A stretch of DNA of 63,331 bases, filler included. It is 9 parts of 9 records of this genome, joined end to end, with 100 filler letters (N's around TTAATTAATTAA, not from the genome) between each part and the next. Parts side by side here need not be neighbours in the genome. Positions count along the whole stretch, not along the records: positions 56,857 to 63,331 come from SRR31147125_61529; 8 more parts are not named here. The stretch is one strand, 5' to 3'. Position 1 is the stretch's first letter. Every line of letters begins with the position of its first letter. The notes under the pieces were generated by a model that saw nothing but the letters and a program-made list of their open reading frames with translations, ran no database searches and had not been told where the DNA came from. This document shows positions 62,205-63,331 of the stretch, piece after piece. A program made the translations under genes and the position numbers.

Positions 62205-63331
62205 ATGAAAACAATAGCAAAAACAATGTTCGGTATGTTGCTGATAGCAGCCTCAATTAATATATCAGGCGCAACAAATAATGTCAAATTGCCTGATGCC
62301 GATAGATTTCTGATAGAGCAACACGAAGAAAACCAAGTGGTGCGACATTTTAGAAACAAATCGGTATCAACACAAAACAGTGATAATTTAAAAGATAACA
62401 CAATGAAAAATTTAAAAGCAGGAGTAAACGCAGTTACATTCAAATCATTTGGAGTAGATTTAGTTGGAAATTTATACCTCCCTGAAGGTTTTGACCCAAA
62501 CAAAAAGTACAAAGCAATCGTTAGTGCGAGTCCGTTTCCACAGGTTAAGGAGCAAATTCCCGCAACATATGGACCAGAAATGGCTAATAGGGGATTCATT
62601 TTCTTAGGGTTCGATTATTTAGGAATGGGGGATTCACCAGCTCTTCCTGGAGAACATAAACAATCAAGGTATATGTTTCGACTTATTGAAAATACCTGGG
62701 ATGCAGTTTCTTATTTAGGAACATTGCCGTTTGTTGAAGAGATTTACGGACTTGGTGTATGTCAAGGCGGTTCAATTATTGCATCGGCAGCTGTTACGGA
62801 TCATAGAATTAAGAAAATTGCAACGGTTTCAGGAATGATGGCAGCAGATGCTTTCCAGTGGCTTGGTAAAGAAATAACCGACCCACAAATTGCAGCAGCA
62901 AATGCTTCAATGCAAAAGCAGTATGAAACCGGGAAGCCAGATTATGTAGCCCCATTTGGACTTAACGATGAGCAATCAAGAGAAGAATTTGTTGAAGCGG
63001 CAGCATATCCGGAAATGGCCGGAGAAACATATGACTACTACGGCAGAGATGGGTTTAGAGGACCTAAAGCTGTTGAGAACTTCACGAATATGCACATTGG
63101 TGACCAAGCTATGCAATCTTTATTCTCTATAGGTGAAGCTTATGCAGACAGGATTGTACAGCCTACTATTGTAATCTACGGAACAACTGCTTCTACAGCT
63201 ATTTGCTCAACCGGATTTATTGACAAACTTACAAATAACCCCAAGGTTGTAGCTTTGAGTGAATTTAGCCATGTTGATTTCTATTACAAACCTGAAGCTG
63301 TAAAAGTATCAACTGATGCAGTAGCGGAATT
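62205..63331 (+). CDS. Alpha/beta hydrolase (YcjY/dienelactone-hydrolase-like), runs off the window end
   Basis: Not in the ORF track because it has no stop; manual translation gives GNLYLP, VKEQ, GFDYLGMGDS, nucleophile GVCQGG, and SHVDFY. Confidence 0.85.
   Translation, partial: MKTIAKTMFGMLLIAASINISGATNNVKLPDADRFLIEQHEENQVVRHFRNKSVSTQNSDNLKDNTMKNLKAGVNAVTFKSFGVDLVGNLYLPEGFDPNKKYKAIVSASPFPQVKEQIPATYGPEMANRGFIFLGFDYLGMGDSPALPGEHKQSRYMFRLIENTWDAVSYLGTLPFVEEIYGLGVCQGGSIIASAAVTDHRIKKIATVSGMMAADAFQWLGKEITDPQIAAANASMQKQYETGKPDYVAPFGLNDEQSREEFVEAAAYPEMAGETYDYYGRDGFRGPKAVENFTNMHIGDQAMQSLFSIGEAYADRIVQPTIVIYGTTASTAICSTGFIDKLTNNPKVVALSEFSHVDFYYKPEAVKVSTDAVAE

Overview
This window is not one locus. 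It is nine unrelated contigs joined by 100-nt N linkers carrying TTAATTAATTAA, so gene context must not be read across linkers. (1) 1-8760, GC-rich and Desulfobacterota-like: methyltransferase, MocR regulator, DMT transporter, a sigma54-type promoter ahead of three small hypothetical genes, MFS pump, homocysteine methyltransferase, ComEC-like MBL protein, dGTPase end. (2) 8861-15113: PilT/U end, zinc-ribbon protein, and a TonB receptor / O-methyltransferase / ABC uptake operon. (3) 15214-21401, Bacteroidota-like: TetM-like GTPase, crotonase, hydroxyacyl-CoA dehydrogenase, nucleoid-associated protein, degenerate ~42-bp repeats. (4) 21502-30326: serine palmitoyltransferase-like gene, divergent extended SDR, and a giant FN3/Ig-repeat surface protein. 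(5) 30427-35827: CoA-dehydratase activase, subtilase, FAD reductase, RNase R. (6) 35928-41049, very AT-rich and Acholeplasma-like: rpmB, fakA, tRNA-Leu(GAG), then an AAA-DUF4143 + GNAT block flanked by a duplicated hairpin-plus-iteron module. (7) 41150-46387: U32 protein, radical SAM enzyme, degenerate sigma54 activator. (8) 46488-56756: TonB receptor, beta-propeller phytase, two Tat-exported paralogues, sialidase-like protein, hybrid two-component system end. (9) 56857-63331, Bacteroidota-like: TonB start, MBL, SDR, GyrI-like protein, aguA-aguB, alpha/beta hydrolase. Several genes have single-base frameshifts, mostly in homopolymer runs, which are probably sequencing errors. The best novelty candidate is the integrase-free, att-like composite repeat next to the tRNA in contig 6. 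Second is the phytase / Tat-paralogue locus in contig 8. Taxonomic hints and family calls come from motif recognition only; no searches were run.
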